Assembly (NCBI GenBank): GCA_963734845.1
Contig: CAVTIS010000012.1
Location: 67,641-131,640, forward strand
Source of the DNA: an uncultured delta proteobacterium
GTDB taxonomy: Bacteria; Desulfobacterota; Binatia; Binatales; Binataceae
DNA length: 64,000 bases
Direction of reading: 5' to 3'
Shown: piece by piece, positions 29,354-41,500 of the stretch
How positions within the stretch are numbered: the first letter of the stretch is position 1
Layout: every line of letters starts with the position of its first letter
The notes under the pieces: model-generated
Told to the model about the DNA's origin: nothing
The model's database searches: none
Seen by the model: the letters and a program-made list of their open reading frames with translations, nothing else
Made by a program: the position numbers and the translations under genes

Positions 29354-29383
29354 GCCGCCCCGCGCGCCGCTTTCTCCTAATTC

Positions 29384-29415
29384 CCTCCCCCAAGACACGG
29401 GAGGAGGAGTCAGAA
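29384..29415 (+). repeat. Truncated copy of the CCTCCCCCAAGACA hairpin repeat family
   Basis: 14-nt identity plus GGGAGGAGG..GAGTCAGAA shared with 45798-45837. Confidence 0.65.
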
Positions 29416-29532
29416 TGGATCGCGGGTATTCCGATTTCTCAGACCGCCAGGCGCTCATCGCGTTACGATTTCTTTACGATGGTTGTGGAATAAACAGCGC
29501 GCAGGATAAAATCCATCGCAACCCCCGCAACC

Positions 29533-31908
29533 ATGGCAGTCAATCGCGATCGTCTAGCTCTCATCGAGGACATCTCCGCCATCGGCGGCGACGCCGCCAA
29601 TACGCTGCGCGAGACCCTGGACAAAATCGTCGCCGCGATCGCCGCCGGGATGGAGGTCGAGGTCTGCTCGCTCTACCTCTTCGACGCCCAGCGCGAGCGC
29701 CTGGTGCTGCGCGCCACGGTCGGCCTGGAGGAGGAATCGGTTGGCAAGGTCTCGATGCGGGTCAACGAAGGCCTGGTCGGATTGGTGGTCGAGCACGGCC
29801 AGCCGGTAACCGCGGCCGACGCGATCAGCCATCCGCGCTACAAATATTTCCCCGAGACCGGCGAAGAGCGCTATCACGCCTTTTTGGGCGTGCCGGTGCA
29901 GGACGGGCGGCAAAAACCGATCGGCGTGATGGTGGTGCAGACGCTCCGCAGCCGCAAATTCGGCCCCGGCGAAGTGCGCCTGCTCAAGACCGCGGCCAAC
30001 CAGGTCGCGCAAATCCTTTCGCACTTTCGCCTGCGCGAGACTCTTGCGACCAAGGAAAAGGAACGCGACGAGTATCGCCGGCGGATGATCGAGGCCAACC
30101 GCCAGCTCAAGGGCTACGAGAAGATCGGTGGCGAGACCCGGGTCAAGGCGCCGGTCAAACTGCGCCGCCCGCGCCTGGTCGGTCTGGCGGCGGCGCCCGG
30201 CTTTGGCCACGGCAGTGCACACGTGGTCGGCACCTTCCTCAGCACGATCGATCGCAACCTGAAAACGCGCGACATTCGGGCCGAGCACAAGCGGCTGGAA
30301 GAGGCGCTCGTGCGCTCGCTCACCGAACTCGACGCGGTGCGGCATCGGATGGCGTCGCTGATGCCGGAGTCCGAGCTCAAGATTTTTGACGCTCACAAAA
30401 TGATCCTGCAGGACGATGAGTTCGTCGGCCGTATCCGCGACATCGTTGCCTCCGGCTACGCTGCGGAGAGCGCCCTGTTCCGGGTGATCGACGAGTTGAG
30501 CGCGCAACTGCTAGCGGTGGCCGACGGCTACCTGCGTGAGCGCGCCACCGACTTCCGCGACGTCGGTCATCGCCTGCTCCGCCATATGCGCCAGGACGAC
30601 CGGCGCAATCAGTTCAGCAAGTCCACCATCCTGGTCGCCGAGGAACTGACGCTCTCGCAACTGACGCTGGTCTCGCACGAAAACCTGGTCGGTATCGCGC
30701 TTGAGTCGGGCGGCACGACCTCGCACGCCGCGCTGCTGGCGCGCGCCTTCGAGATTCCCACCGTGGTCGGCGTCGACCACCTGATGGAGTCGGTGGCCGA
30801 GGGCGATAACCTGGTGATCGACGGCAACTCGGGCATCGTGTACGTCAATCCGGCGCCCGAGGTCGAACGCGAATACCAGGTGCTGCACAAACGCTACGAC
30901 GCGTTTCGGCGCGACCTGATGGCCGAGGGCGACGAGCCGGCCGCCACTCGCGACGGCAATCGCGTCCAGCTGCTCGCTAATATTGCGCTCTACCACGATA
31001 TCCCGCTGGCGCTTAAGTATGGCGCCGAGGGCGTGGGCCTGATGCGTACGGAGTTCTCGTTTCTGACCTACGAGGACTTCCCCGACGAGAATCAGCAGAT
31101 CGCGCTGTACACGCGGATGCTCGAGGCGGTGGGCAAGCGGCCGGTGACGATTCGCACGCTCGACATCGGCGCCGACAAGTATCCGCCCTACATGCGGGTG
31201 CCGCGCGAGGACAATCCGTTCCTCGGATGGCGCTCGATCCGGATCTCGCTGGAGATGCCGAGCCTGTTCAAGGTCCAGCTCCGCGCCATCCTGCGCGCCG
31301 CCGTGCGCCATGAAGTGAAGATCATGTTTCCCATGATCTCGAGCCTCGAGGAGTTGCGCCGCGCGCGCGAATTGCTGGCCGAGGCGCAGGGCGAGCTGTT
31401 CCGCGAAGGCCTGGAGCACAATCCCGCGGTCAAGGTCGGAATCATGGTCGAGGTGCCCTCGGCGGTATGGCTCGCGCCGCGGCTCATCCGCGAGGTCGAT
31501 TTTTTCTCAATCGGCACCAACGATCTCATCCAGTATCTGCTGGCCGCCGACCGCAACAACCCGCGCGTCGCGCATCTATATGAAGCGCTCCATCCTGCGG
31601 TGCTCTCGGCGATTGCCGAGGTCGTCAACGTGGCGCGCGCCGCGGGCAAGGAAGTCTGCATCTGCGGCGAGATGGCGTCTGACCCGCTTGCCACGCTGCT
31701 GCTGGTCGGGATGGGCCTCGATGAGCTCAGCCTGAGCCCGCTGTTCATCCCGGTGATTCGCAAAATCGTGCGCGAGACCAACTATCGTACTGCCCGGCTC
31801 ATTGCGCACGACACGCTGGAGATGGCGAGCGTGCAGGAAATCAAGGGCTATCTCATCGAGCGCTATCGCGATTTGGGGCTCATCAAACTTGTGGAAATGT
31901 TCCGCTAG
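29533..31908 (+). CDS. ptsP: GAF-domain phosphoenolpyruvate-protein phosphotransferase (EI-Ntr)
   Basis: N-terminal GAF (HPRYKYFPETGEE); GGTTSHAALLAR; EDNPFLGWR; SIGTNDL; ICGEMA. Confidence 0.93.
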   Translation: MAVNRDRLALIEDISAIGGDAANTLRETLDKIVAAIAAGMEVEVCSLYLFDAQRERLVLRATVGLEEESVGKVSMRVNEGLVGLVVEHGQPVTAADAISHPRYKYFPETGEERYHAFLGVPVQDGRQKPIGVMVVQTLRSRKFGPGEVRLLKTAANQVAQILSHFRLRETLATKEKERDEYRRRMIEANRQLKGYEKIGGETRVKAPVKLRRPRLVGLAAAPGFGHGSAHVVGTFLSTIDRNLKTRDIRAEHKRLEEALVRSLTELDAVRHRMASLMPESELKIFDAHKMILQDDEFVGRIRDIVASGYAAESALFRVIDELSAQLLAVADGYLRERATDFRDVGHRLLRHMRQDDRRNQFSKSTILVAEELTLSQLTLVSHENLVGIALESGGTTSHAALLARAFEIPTVVGVDHLMESVAEGDNLVIDGNSGIVYVNPAPEVEREYQVLHKRYDAFRRDLMAEGDEPAATRDGNRVQLLANIALYHDIPLALKYGAEGVGLMRTEFSFLTYEDFPDENQQIALYTRMLEAVGKRPVTIRTLDIGADKYPPYMRVPREDNPFLGWRSIRISLEMPSLFKVQLRAILRAAVRHEVKIMFPMISSLEELRRARELLAEAQGELFREGLEHNPAVKVGIMVEVPSAVWLAPRLIREVDFFSIGTNDLIQYLLAADRNNPRVAHLYEALHPAVLSAIAEVVNVARAAGKEVCICGEMASDPLATLLLVGMGLDELSLSPLFIPVIRKIVRETNYRTARLIAHDTLEMASVQEIKGYLIERYRDLGLIKLVEMFR

Positions 31909-32088
31909 ATGTTGAAGAATGTTGCTTGAATCAAAGGGTTTCGTCGATTAGGGGTTGTGGATGTGCGGCGGGTCTGCAATGTTGACTTCATAGGTCTGGA
32001 TTAGTTAACTCTGACCGTTCGGTTAGAAGCCGTTTCGGCCGGTGCTTTCGATATTGTTCGGCAGCTGGCGGAGAAAAGGATCTGAATA

Positions 32089-33957
32089 ATGGTGCTATTG
32101 GTCTGCCTTGGATGCGTTGCGCTGATCGCCGGCGTCAGCGGCTACCTGGTCATTGGACGCAACCGCTACGGCGGCAAGCGCTCCGGACGTCCGCTCGAAC
32201 TCGGCGCCTCGCAAAGCGCGCTTCGCCAGGATTCGGTATTGCCCGAGCCGTGCCGCACGATAAGGGTGTATTTCATCAAGCCGTCGCGTTACGACGAGAA
32301 CGGCTACGTCCAGTTTTTCCGCTATGGCGTTCAGCCGAACAACACGCTGACCGTTCTGGCGGCGCTCAACGATACTTTTAACAAGCGCTACTCCGCCGCG
32401 CGCAACGTCTATCTGCAGACCGTGCTGTGGGACGAGATTTGCGACGGCGCGGTGTCGCCCGAAACCATCGTGGCGATTAAGGAAAAGGCGCGCGAGGACG
32501 GCGTCGAACTGCTCATCGGACTCTCCGGGGTGCAGTCCAACCAGTACCCGCGCGGCCGCGACCTCGGACTACAGTTCGTGGCCCAGGGCCTGCCCACGAT
32601 GATGGGCGGCTTTCACGTAAGCGGCTATCCCGAGTCGGTCAAGTTCCTCAACAGTTGCGGCATCACCACGATCGTGGGCGAGGCCGAGAACCTGTGGGGC
32701 CAGATCATCGAGGATTTTCTGCGCGGCGAACTGAAGATCCACTACTCGGTTACCGAAGGCATCCGGGCCAAGACCGGCCAGGAAGACATCATCGTGCCGC
32801 TCATCACCGAGGCCCAGTTGCCGGTGATCGACGATCGCTATCTGACCCGCTTCTTCAATGAGGCGATGACCACGATCGATACCTCGCGCGGATGCCCGTT
32901 CACCTGCTCGTACTGCAGCGTGAAGAACGTGATGGGCCGCACGATGCGCTCGCGCGAGCCCGACGCGGTCGTGCACTGGGTCCGCGACGCGATCCGCTTC
33001 CATGGTATCGAATCGCTGTTCCTGGTCGACGACGATTTTTTCCGCAGCCCGCGCTGGGAAGAAATCCTGACTGGCCTGGTCGAGGTCAAAAAGGAGCACC
33101 CGCGGCTCAGCTTCATGATGCAGGTAGACGTCGACGCGTCGTGCTACGCCAACGTCGCGCCGGGAGAGACCGAGGGCGCCAAGCATCGGCGCAGCAAGCG
33201 CTTCGTCGAACTGGCGGCGCGTGCCGGATGTTACCAGGCTTTCGTCGGAATCGAGTCGCTTAACCCGGACAACCTCAACTTCGCGACCAAGTACCAGAAT
33301 ACCGACGACCGCCAGCATCGGATGAAGATCGAGGAGTCGCGCGCGCGCGTGCTCGATAAATACCGCCGCGTGGTCGACAACTGGCATCGCGTCGGCATCT
33401 CCGTGCACGCCGGCTACATGCTGGGTTTTCCCTTCGACGGCCCAGACTGCGGACGAATCGCGGCCAAGACGCTGCGCAAGCTCGGCTTCGACATCGTGTC
33501 GTTCTTCATCATGACGCCGCTCCCGGGTACCGAAGACCAGGTCCGCTACGCCAAGGAAGGCGCGATCATCGATTGGGACTTCAACAATCTCGACTCCCAA
33601 CACGTCACGCTCAAGCACGACCGGCTGGACACCGACTCCTGGATGCGCGCCTATCGCGAAGCCTTTACCGGCTTCTATTCGTTCGCGAGCCTGCTCAAGA
33701 CGATCTTTACCGTGGCGGGCGGGCGCAACCTGGATGCTGAAGCGCGGCGCTCCACGCTGCGTCAGTTCATGTATTATTTTTTCAGCTACCGCCAGGGACG
33801 CCATCCGATGGTCGGCGGAGTGTGGCAGATTCTTCGGCGTGACGTGCGGCGTGCCGCGATCACCGACGACGAGGCCTATCGGCATTACCTCGGCGGGATG
33901 CGCTTCGACGCGATTCTGCGCGGCGATGGCGGCGGTTTCGCAGCGGCGCCCGCCTGA
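32089..33957 (+). CDS. B12-binding-type radical SAM protein with N-terminal membrane anchor
   Basis: SRGCPFTCSYC; MGGFHVS; LVDDDF; GIESLN; TPLPGT. Confidence 0.85.
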   Translation: MVLLVCLGCVALIAGVSGYLVIGRNRYGGKRSGRPLELGASQSALRQDSVLPEPCRTIRVYFIKPSRYDENGYVQFFRYGVQPNNTLTVLAALNDTFNKRYSAARNVYLQTVLWDEICDGAVSPETIVAIKEKAREDGVELLIGLSGVQSNQYPRGRDLGLQFVAQGLPTMMGGFHVSGYPESVKFLNSCGITTIVGEAENLWGQIIEDFLRGELKIHYSVTEGIRAKTGQEDIIVPLITEAQLPVIDDRYLTRFFNEAMTTIDTSRGCPFTCSYCSVKNVMGRTMRSREPDAVVHWVRDAIRFHGIESLFLVDDDFFRSPRWEEILTGLVEVKKEHPRLSFMMQVDVDASCYANVAPGETEGAKHRRSKRFVELAARAGCYQAFVGIESLNPDNLNFATKYQNTDDRQHRMKIEESRARVLDKYRRVVDNWHRVGISVHAGYMLGFPFDGPDCGRIAAKTLRKLGFDIVSFFIMTPLPGTEDQVRYAKEGAIIDWDFNNLDSQHVTLKHDRLDTDSWMRAYREAFTGFYSFASLLKTIFTVAGGRNLDAEARRSTLRQFMYYFFSYRQGRHPMVGGVWQILRRDVRRAAITDDEAYRHYLGGMRFDAILRGDGGGFAAAPA

Positions 33958-34134
33958 AGTAGCGGGCTGAAGCTCAAGTTTCTTAACAGTTATCGCCCGT
34001 GCGCGTTCCTTGCGTGCGAGCCCTTTCAATTCCCGCGCCCGACGGCGTATGAAGAAACGCTGACGGGCGCTTTTCTTTTGCCCAACTCCCCCATATAGCG
34101 GCCGCGCGCTTCGCGTACTAGGATAGCAGCGCCT

Positions 34135-35001
34135 ATGGATACGCAATTATTTGCGCCACTGCAAAGTTTCCTGGTGCCGGGGCCCGAACGCCTTGCCGCG
34201 GAGATTGTGCTCGGCGCGATCGCGCTCATCTTGCTGAGCATCTACGTGCGCGGTCCAATCGGGACGCTTTGCCGAGTCGCGGTCTTCATCGGTGCGATGG
34301 CCGTCATCATCGGGGGCACGGCTATCCTGATGAACAACGTCTCGCTGGCCGGGCCGCCAAACCCAGCTGTGCGGCTGCATCGTTTCCTGACCGTGGACTG
34401 GGCGGCCACCAGCGACAAGGGCGACGGCGCTGCGGCTTGCGCCGATCCGGCTGAACTCGCAGGCCGCCAGCCGGCGGACGCCGAGCATCACGAACGACGT
34501 CATCTGCGGCGCACCGCCGCGCACATGGATCCCGCATCCGCCGCGACTCCGGGGGCCGTCGCGGGCCGTGTGGCTGGCAGTCCGGCGCAGCCCGGCTATC
34601 CCGAGCTGGTGCGGAATTCGTACCCCGGCATCCCGCCCGCGCGGCTGATGCAGGTCGTCGCCTCCACGGTCAGTGGACTGCCGGGATGGGAGATAGTGAG
34701 CTCGGACCCGGCCAAGCTTACCATCAATGCGGTGTACCATACGCGCCTGCTAGGTCTTGCTGACGACGTGAGGATAATCGTGACCCCGCGCAGCGAAGTT
34801 GACGTGTGCTCCCGCTCGCGCGTCGGCGAGCCGGGTTCGCAGTCACCGCTCGCCGCCGCCTTTCATGGAGACTTCGGCGCCAACATCGGCCATATCAAGG
34901 AGCTCGACCTCGCGCTCGCGCCGGCTGCCGATGAGGCGTATCGTCGGGTGGAGATCGAGCAGACGGCTCAGCAGCACGGAGTTAAGATGCCCAGGCCGTA
35001 A
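34135..35001 (+). CDS. DUF1499-like membrane-anchored protein
   Basis: Two N-terminal TMs; TRLLGLADDV, VDVCSRSRVG...GDFGANIGHI. Confidence 0.7.
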   Translation: MDTQLFAPLQSFLVPGPERLAAEIVLGAIALILLSIYVRGPIGTLCRVAVFIGAMAVIIGGTAILMNNVSLAGPPNPAVRLHRFLTVDWAATSDKGDGAAACADPAELAGRQPADAEHHERRHLRRTAAHMDPASAATPGAVAGRVAGSPAQPGYPELVRNSYPGIPPARLMQVVASTVSGLPGWEIVSSDPAKLTINAVYHTRLLGLADDVRIIVTPRSEVDVCSRSRVGEPGSQSPLAAAFHGDFGANIGHIKELDLALAPAADEAYRRVEIEQTAQQHGVKMPRP

Positions 35002-35018
35002 TCCGCGCCTCGAGAACG

Positions 35019-35054
35019 CGGGACTTGACCCGGGATCTGAGCCGGGACTTGACC
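35019..35054 (+). repeat. 12-bp tandem trimer
   Basis: cgggacttgacc / cgggatctgagc / cgggacttgacc. Confidence 0.7.
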
Positions 35055-35161
35055 CGACACCCCCGCGCGCCGGAACATTGTCCTCTGGGTTTGATCTTCA
35101 GGCATCCGTTTTCAGGAATTTTCGGGATCGGAATTTCATTTTCACGAAGCGGTAAATCAAG

Positions 35162-35434
35162 ATGCTGCGCGAAGCGCAAATCGACGCACTGGCGAATCAC
35201 CTGGTGAACGGGCTGGTCTCGCGCGGCATTATTAAGCCGCGCGCCGACGTAAAAGACCTCATTGCCTGCGTGGTCGAGCTGATGTCCCAGAACTTCGAAA
35301 CCGAGGCCCGGATCGATGACGAGGCCGACAAGATGGCCGAGGAGCAGGCGCGGCTCAATCCCGGCGTCGACGCGACCCGGCTGCGCTCGATGATCCGCCA
35401 GCGCCTCGCGCAGAAGCAGAATTTCACTCTTTAG
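35162..35434 (+). CDS. DUF507-like protein
   Basis: EARIDDEA...MIRQRLAQKQNFTL. Confidence 0.7.
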   Translation: MLREAQIDALANHLVNGLVSRGIIKPRADVKDLIACVVELMSQNFETEARIDDEADKMAEEQARLNPGVDATRLRSMIRQRLAQKQNFTL

Positions 35435-35484
35435 ACGGCGAGCGGCGGCGCCGTTCGCGGTGCTAAGCCAGGTGGGGCGATGCG

Positions 35485-35760
35485 ATGAAGCTCAGCGAGG
35501 AACGAATTCTTTACCTGGCGCGCGAGTCGGTCGCACGGCTGCGCGACGAGGGTCTGGCCGAGATGCCCAACTTTGCGCTGGCCTTGCGCCAGGCGCGGGA
35601 CCTTATCGCAGGATGGGAAGAGCAGGGCGACGCCATCGACGAGATCGTGAGGCGCAAAATCATTTCGCTCAAGCGCGGCGTGGTCGAGGGCACCAGCGAA
35701 TGGAACATCCTGTTCCGCCGCTACCGCGACGAAGAATTGCGCAAGAAAGGCCCGCGCTGA
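35485..35760 (+). CDS. DUF507-like protein, second paralogue
   Basis: MKLSEERI; VRRKIISLKRGVVEGTSEWNILF. Confidence 0.7.
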   Translation: MKLSEERILYLARESVARLRDEGLAEMPNFALALRQARDLIAGWEEQGDAIDEIVRRKIISLKRGVVEGTSEWNILFRRYRDEELRKKGPR

Positions 35761-35802
35761 AATCGGCCCGCGCAGAATAACCCGCGGAATAATCTGTCGC
35801 TT

Positions 35803-36129
35803 ATGGACCCCAAGGAATTCGTCGCGCGCTCGGAGGCCTGCATCGACCGCGTGGCCAAATGGCTCGAGGATTTCGACCCCGACGAAGTCGACTACAGCGC
35901 CGGCGACGGCGCCTTGACGATCGAGTTTCCCGACGCCGCCCGCTTCGTGCTGAGCCGTCAAAGCGCGACCCTGCAGATCTGGCTGGCGGCCGGCGCTCAC
36001 GGATGGCATTTCAACTATGACCCGGCGACCGACCGCTGGATTGACGACAAGGACGGCCGCGATCTTTACGAGCGGCTAGCCGAATCGCTCTCCGAAAAGC
36101 TGGAGCGCCCGGTCGAGTTCGACGCCTGA
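35803..36129 (+). CDS. cyaY: Frataxin-like iron donor CyaY
   Basis: GALTIEF, VLSRQ....QIWLA...GWHF. Confidence 0.88.
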   Translation: MDPKEFVARSEACIDRVAKWLEDFDPDEVDYSAGDGALTIEFPDAARFVLSRQSATLQIWLAAGAHGWHFNYDPATDRWIDDKDGRDLYERLAESLSEKLERPVEFDA

Positions 36130-36306
36130 GGCGTGCGAATTGGCGGAAAGCCCGTCGCGCCCGATGCCGCGCGACCATCCAATTGATTCAAATCCAGTTT
36201 TTAATTATCCAATACCCCTTTATATGCGTCTCGTCAGCATTCCCCCGGTATGCCTTTTAGGCTCGGATGCTTTGCGTTTCCGCCGTGACTGGGCTACGTT
36301 TAGGGA

Positions 36307-36333
36307 TTGGCACTCGGGCTTCGCGAGTGCCAA
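36307..36333. promoter_or_regulatory. CIRCE element (HrcA operator)
   Basis: TTGGCACTC-N9-GAGTGCCAA upstream of groES. Confidence 0.92.
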
Positions 36334-36361
36334 TTGACAATTGGTCACCTGTGATTAATTT
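36334..36361 (+). promoter_or_regulatory. Candidate sigma70 promoter of groESL
   Basis: TTGACA 36334-36339; weak -10 TAATTT after 16 nt. Confidence 0.5.
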
Positions 36362-36427
36362 ACTGAGCGCGGAAATTGGTTCCGCTCGACCCACAATAAC
36401 ATCGAGGCAAGGAGGCTGCTGGTCCCC

Positions 36428-36715
36428 ATGAAAATCAGACCGTTGGGAGATCGGATTCTGGTCAAGCGCATCAAGGAAGAAGAAAAAACCAAGGGCGGGA
36501 TCATCATCCCGGACACCGCCAAGGAAAAGCCGCAAGAGGGCAAAGTCGTCGCGGTGGGCAAGGGCAAGATGACCGAGCAAGGCAAGCTGCTGACGCCCGA
36601 CGTGAAGGCTGGCGACAAGATCCTGTTCGGCAAGTATTCCGGCAGCGAAGTGAAGATCGAGGGCGAGGAGCACTTGATCCTGCGCGAGGACGACATCCTG
36701 GGCGTGCTCGAGTAG
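36428..36715 (+). CDS. groES: Co-chaperonin GroES
   Basis: [25 protein letters not shown]. Confidence 0.99.
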   Translation: MKIRPLGDRILVKRIKEEEKTKGGIIIPDTAKEKPQEGKVVAVGKGKMTEQGKLLTPDVKAGDKILFGKYSGSEVKIEGEEHLILREDDILGVLE

Positions 36716-36725
36716 TCGCCGCGCC

Positions 36726-36761
36726 GGTAACACTCAGCATTCAGGTAACGCTCAGCATTCA
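36726..36761 (+). repeat. 18-bp tandem duplication
   Basis: ggtaacactcagcattca / ggtaacgctcagcattca. Confidence 0.9.
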
Positions 36762-36766
36762 ATTGA

Positions 36767-38440
<1,674 letters not shown>

Positions 38441-38443
<3 letters not shown>

Positions 38444-38473
38444 GGACTGCTTAAGCGGTAAGGACTGCTTAAG
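38441..38473 (+). repeat. 15-bp direct repeat with 18-bp period starting at the groEL stop
   Basis: taaggactgcttaag-cgg-taaggactgcttaag. Confidence 0.9.
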
Positions 38474-38519
38474 ATTGTCCCGCGCGTCAGCCGACGTGCG
38501 GACAAGTATGAACGCAGGC

Positions 38520-38561
38520 GGGCGGCGGTCCCTCACGGGACCGTCGCCCGTTCTTTTTTTT
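38520..38561 (+). terminator. Intrinsic terminator of groESL
   Basis: GGGCGGCGGTCCC-tcac-GGGACCGTCGCCC then gttcTTTTTTTT. Confidence 0.9.
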
Positions 38562-38594
38562 CCCGGGCGGGGGCACGCGTCGCGCGCCCCCGCC

Positions 38595-41500
38595 TCACGT
38601 GGCGCGATGCTGGCCGCTTCGCGGCCAGCATCGCGCCACGTACCCGCAGCCGAGCGCGCGGCACTCGCGCGCCTCGGCCGGCCGCTTCGGATAGCCGGCG
38701 GGCCCGCGCTCCGCGCGGGCCGCGGCTATCGCGCGGCCGAGCGCCAGCAGATGCGCGCGGATCGCGTCGAGCGGCGCCAGCTTGAGTTGGCGCCGCTCGA
38801 CGCGATCGCGCAGATACACGACCTCCGCGCTCACTTCGCGGCCGGGCAGGGCCTCGGCCGCGGCCAGCGCGTAGCATTCCATCTGCACCTGGTAATCGCC
38901 GGCCCCGGCGCGCGAGTATTTGTAGTCGCTCACCACGAGGCGCTTTCCGTCGTCGATTAGCAGATCGATCCGGCCGCGGATGTAAAGCGTGAGGCCGTCG
39001 CCTTCGACACTCATGAAAAAAGGCGTTTCGCGGCGCGTGATGGAACTCGCGGCGGCGCTCGCCCCCGGTGGATCGTCGCGCGCGCTCGCATAGCGGAGGA
39101 GATCGCGGACGAGCGCGCGGCGCGCGGCCAAATCAAGATTGGCGCCCGCGCCATGGATGCCGGCCAGGCGCGCGATTTCCGCTTCGAGAGCCGGCGCGGG
39201 TGTGGCCGGGCTCAGTTGTTCGAGCACCGCGTGCGCGACCGAGCCGAGCGCGGTCGCCCCGCCGCCGTCGAAGGTGAAGGCGGCGCCCGCGCCGCTTTCC
39301 GGCAACTCGAGTTCGCGGCGCAGGAAATACTGGCGCGGACAGCGTTCGAAGTCTTCGAGCGCGCTTGGACTGGTGACCAGTTCGCGGACCGGCGGTGCGA
39401 CGAAGCCGAGGCGCGCTCGCGCGGCCTGCGCCAAGTCGGCGAGCGGCGGTGGCGCGGGGTGCGCGAGCGGCGCGCCGGCTTCCCGCGCGAGCGCGTCCGC
39501 GCGCCGCAGCACAATTTTCACCTCTCCCGCATCGACGATCGTTTCGGTATCCGCGGCGCCGAGAAACGCGTCCACCTTTTCGGGCCCGACTGCGGCGCGG
39601 ACGTGCTTGATCCAGTCAGCGCCCGGCGCGCCTTCGCTCAGGATCAGCCGGTCGCGCGCCCGCGTCATCGCGACGTACAGCACGCGCGCCGCCTCGGCCT
39701 TTTCCTGATCTTTTACAGCCGCGCGATACTCGTTGATCAGCGAATTCGGCAGCGGGTCGTCGCCAGCGCCGACAGTGTCGCACACGAGTAGCCCGTCGCC
39801 TGGCGTCGTCACAATATTTTCGTTATTGGGCGGTGGCCGGCGTCCCAGGTCGCCGACGATCGCCACGGGGAATTCGAGGCCTTTGGCCTGATGGATGGTC
39901 ATCAGGCGCACGACGTTGTCGGCCTCGCCGGCGATCTGCGCCTGCGGCTCGCGCGGCTGTTCTTCTACCAGGCGGCGCAGATGGCGCACGAAATCGCCAA
40001 GCCCGAAGAAGCGATGCGTCTCGAATTCGCGCGCGGTTTCCGTCAGCTTGCGCACGTTGGCAGCGCGCTGCAGGCCGTTGGGCAGACCGAGTAAGACCGC
40101 CTCGAAATGTGTTAGTTCGAGTGCGTGCTCAACGATCGCCGTCAGCGAGGCGCGCTCGCGCATCCTGCGCAAGCTAAGTAGCGCGTCTTTGGCGACGAGC
40201 GCTGCTTTGCGGCCGTCGCGGAGCCACGCGAATTCTTCGCCCGCGTCGCAGAACAACTCCCACCACTTGCGCGGTCCTGTCGGCTCGTTGCTGGGTTCGG
40301 TCCCGCGTTCGGCCTCGTGCTGATGCAGCGCCATTTCGAGCAGGCACTGATCGGAGAGGCCGAACAGCGGCGAGCGCAGCGCCGCGGCAAGTTCGAGCGG
40401 ATTTTGCGGGTCGTCGATCGCCCCCAGCAGCGCGGCAAGGTCGTTTACTTCTTTGCAGCCATAAAAGCCGCGCCCCTTGACGGTATAGAAGGGCACGGCA
40501 GCCCGTGCGAAGGCGTCTTCGTAAATCGCGACGTCGGTGAAAGAGCGCAATAGCAGCGCAATGTCGCCGAATTCTACCCCGCGGCGCTCGCCGCTATGCT
40601 CATCGGTCACCAGAACTGAATCACCAATCATCCGAGCGCAGCGCCGCGCGATGGCGTCCGCCTCGATCCGGCGGAGGTCGCGCGTGCTGAGCTTCGTTCC
40701 GTCGGCGTCCTGCCCCTTCGGACTCACGATCAGTTCGACCGCGGGCGCGTCGTCCGCGGGCCGGATCGCCGCCAGCCGATGCTCCTCGCTCCATTTCACC
40801 TTGTAGGGCTTGTCGTCCGAGTCGTCGCCGGGCTTCATCGAATGTGCGCTCACCGCGTTGACGAACTCGACGATCGCCGGAAGCGAGCGTCGGTTCTCGC
40901 ACAGCGGCCGCGGCAGCATCGCGAGCGGTTCGCGCTCGCGATTGAACACCGTCACGTCGGCGCCGCGGAAGCGGTAGATCGATTGTTTCTCGTCGCCCAC
41001 CACGAAAAGTTCCGGCGCCGGCGCGGCGTATTCGGTCAGAAGACGCACCACGCCGTCCTGGATCGGGTCGGTGTCCTGGTATTCGTCGACCAGCAGAGCA
41101 CCGAGCGCGCGCCGGTAGCGCTCGGCGACCTCTGGATGGTCTTGAAGGAGACGCCTGGTCAGGATCAGCAGATCGTCGAAGGTGACGACGCGCTCGTCGC
41201 GCTTGCGCCGTTCGAGTTCGGCGGCGACATCCGCGGCCAGCGCGGAGATCTCGAGCGTCGCCGGAGCCGCACGATAAGCGCCGTATGCGTCGAGTAACTG
41301 AGCGATGATTCCGGGTTGCTTCTGGGTTTTGTTGCCGCGGATTGCGTAGACGAGGTCCTTGACCTTGTCACTTTGGGCCGCGGGCAGACATTCCTTTAGA
41401 TCGTCGAATACCGTCCACTCCGCAGGCTCCGAATCCGCACTGAACGCTTCAACCGCTGGCTGGAGGATCGGCCATTCGCCGCGCAATTCGTCGAGTTTTT

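Noticed and set aside
29533-31908. GAF-EI fusion as a novel system
   Set aside because: Standard PtsP architecture with catalytic His and Cys intact.
31982-32010. Sigma70 promoter TTGACT...TTAACT for the radical SAM gene
   Set aside because: The -10 match is weak and cannot be told from chance in an AT-rich patch.
32569-34146. 525-aa minus-strand ORF
   Set aside because: Shadow of the radical SAM gene.
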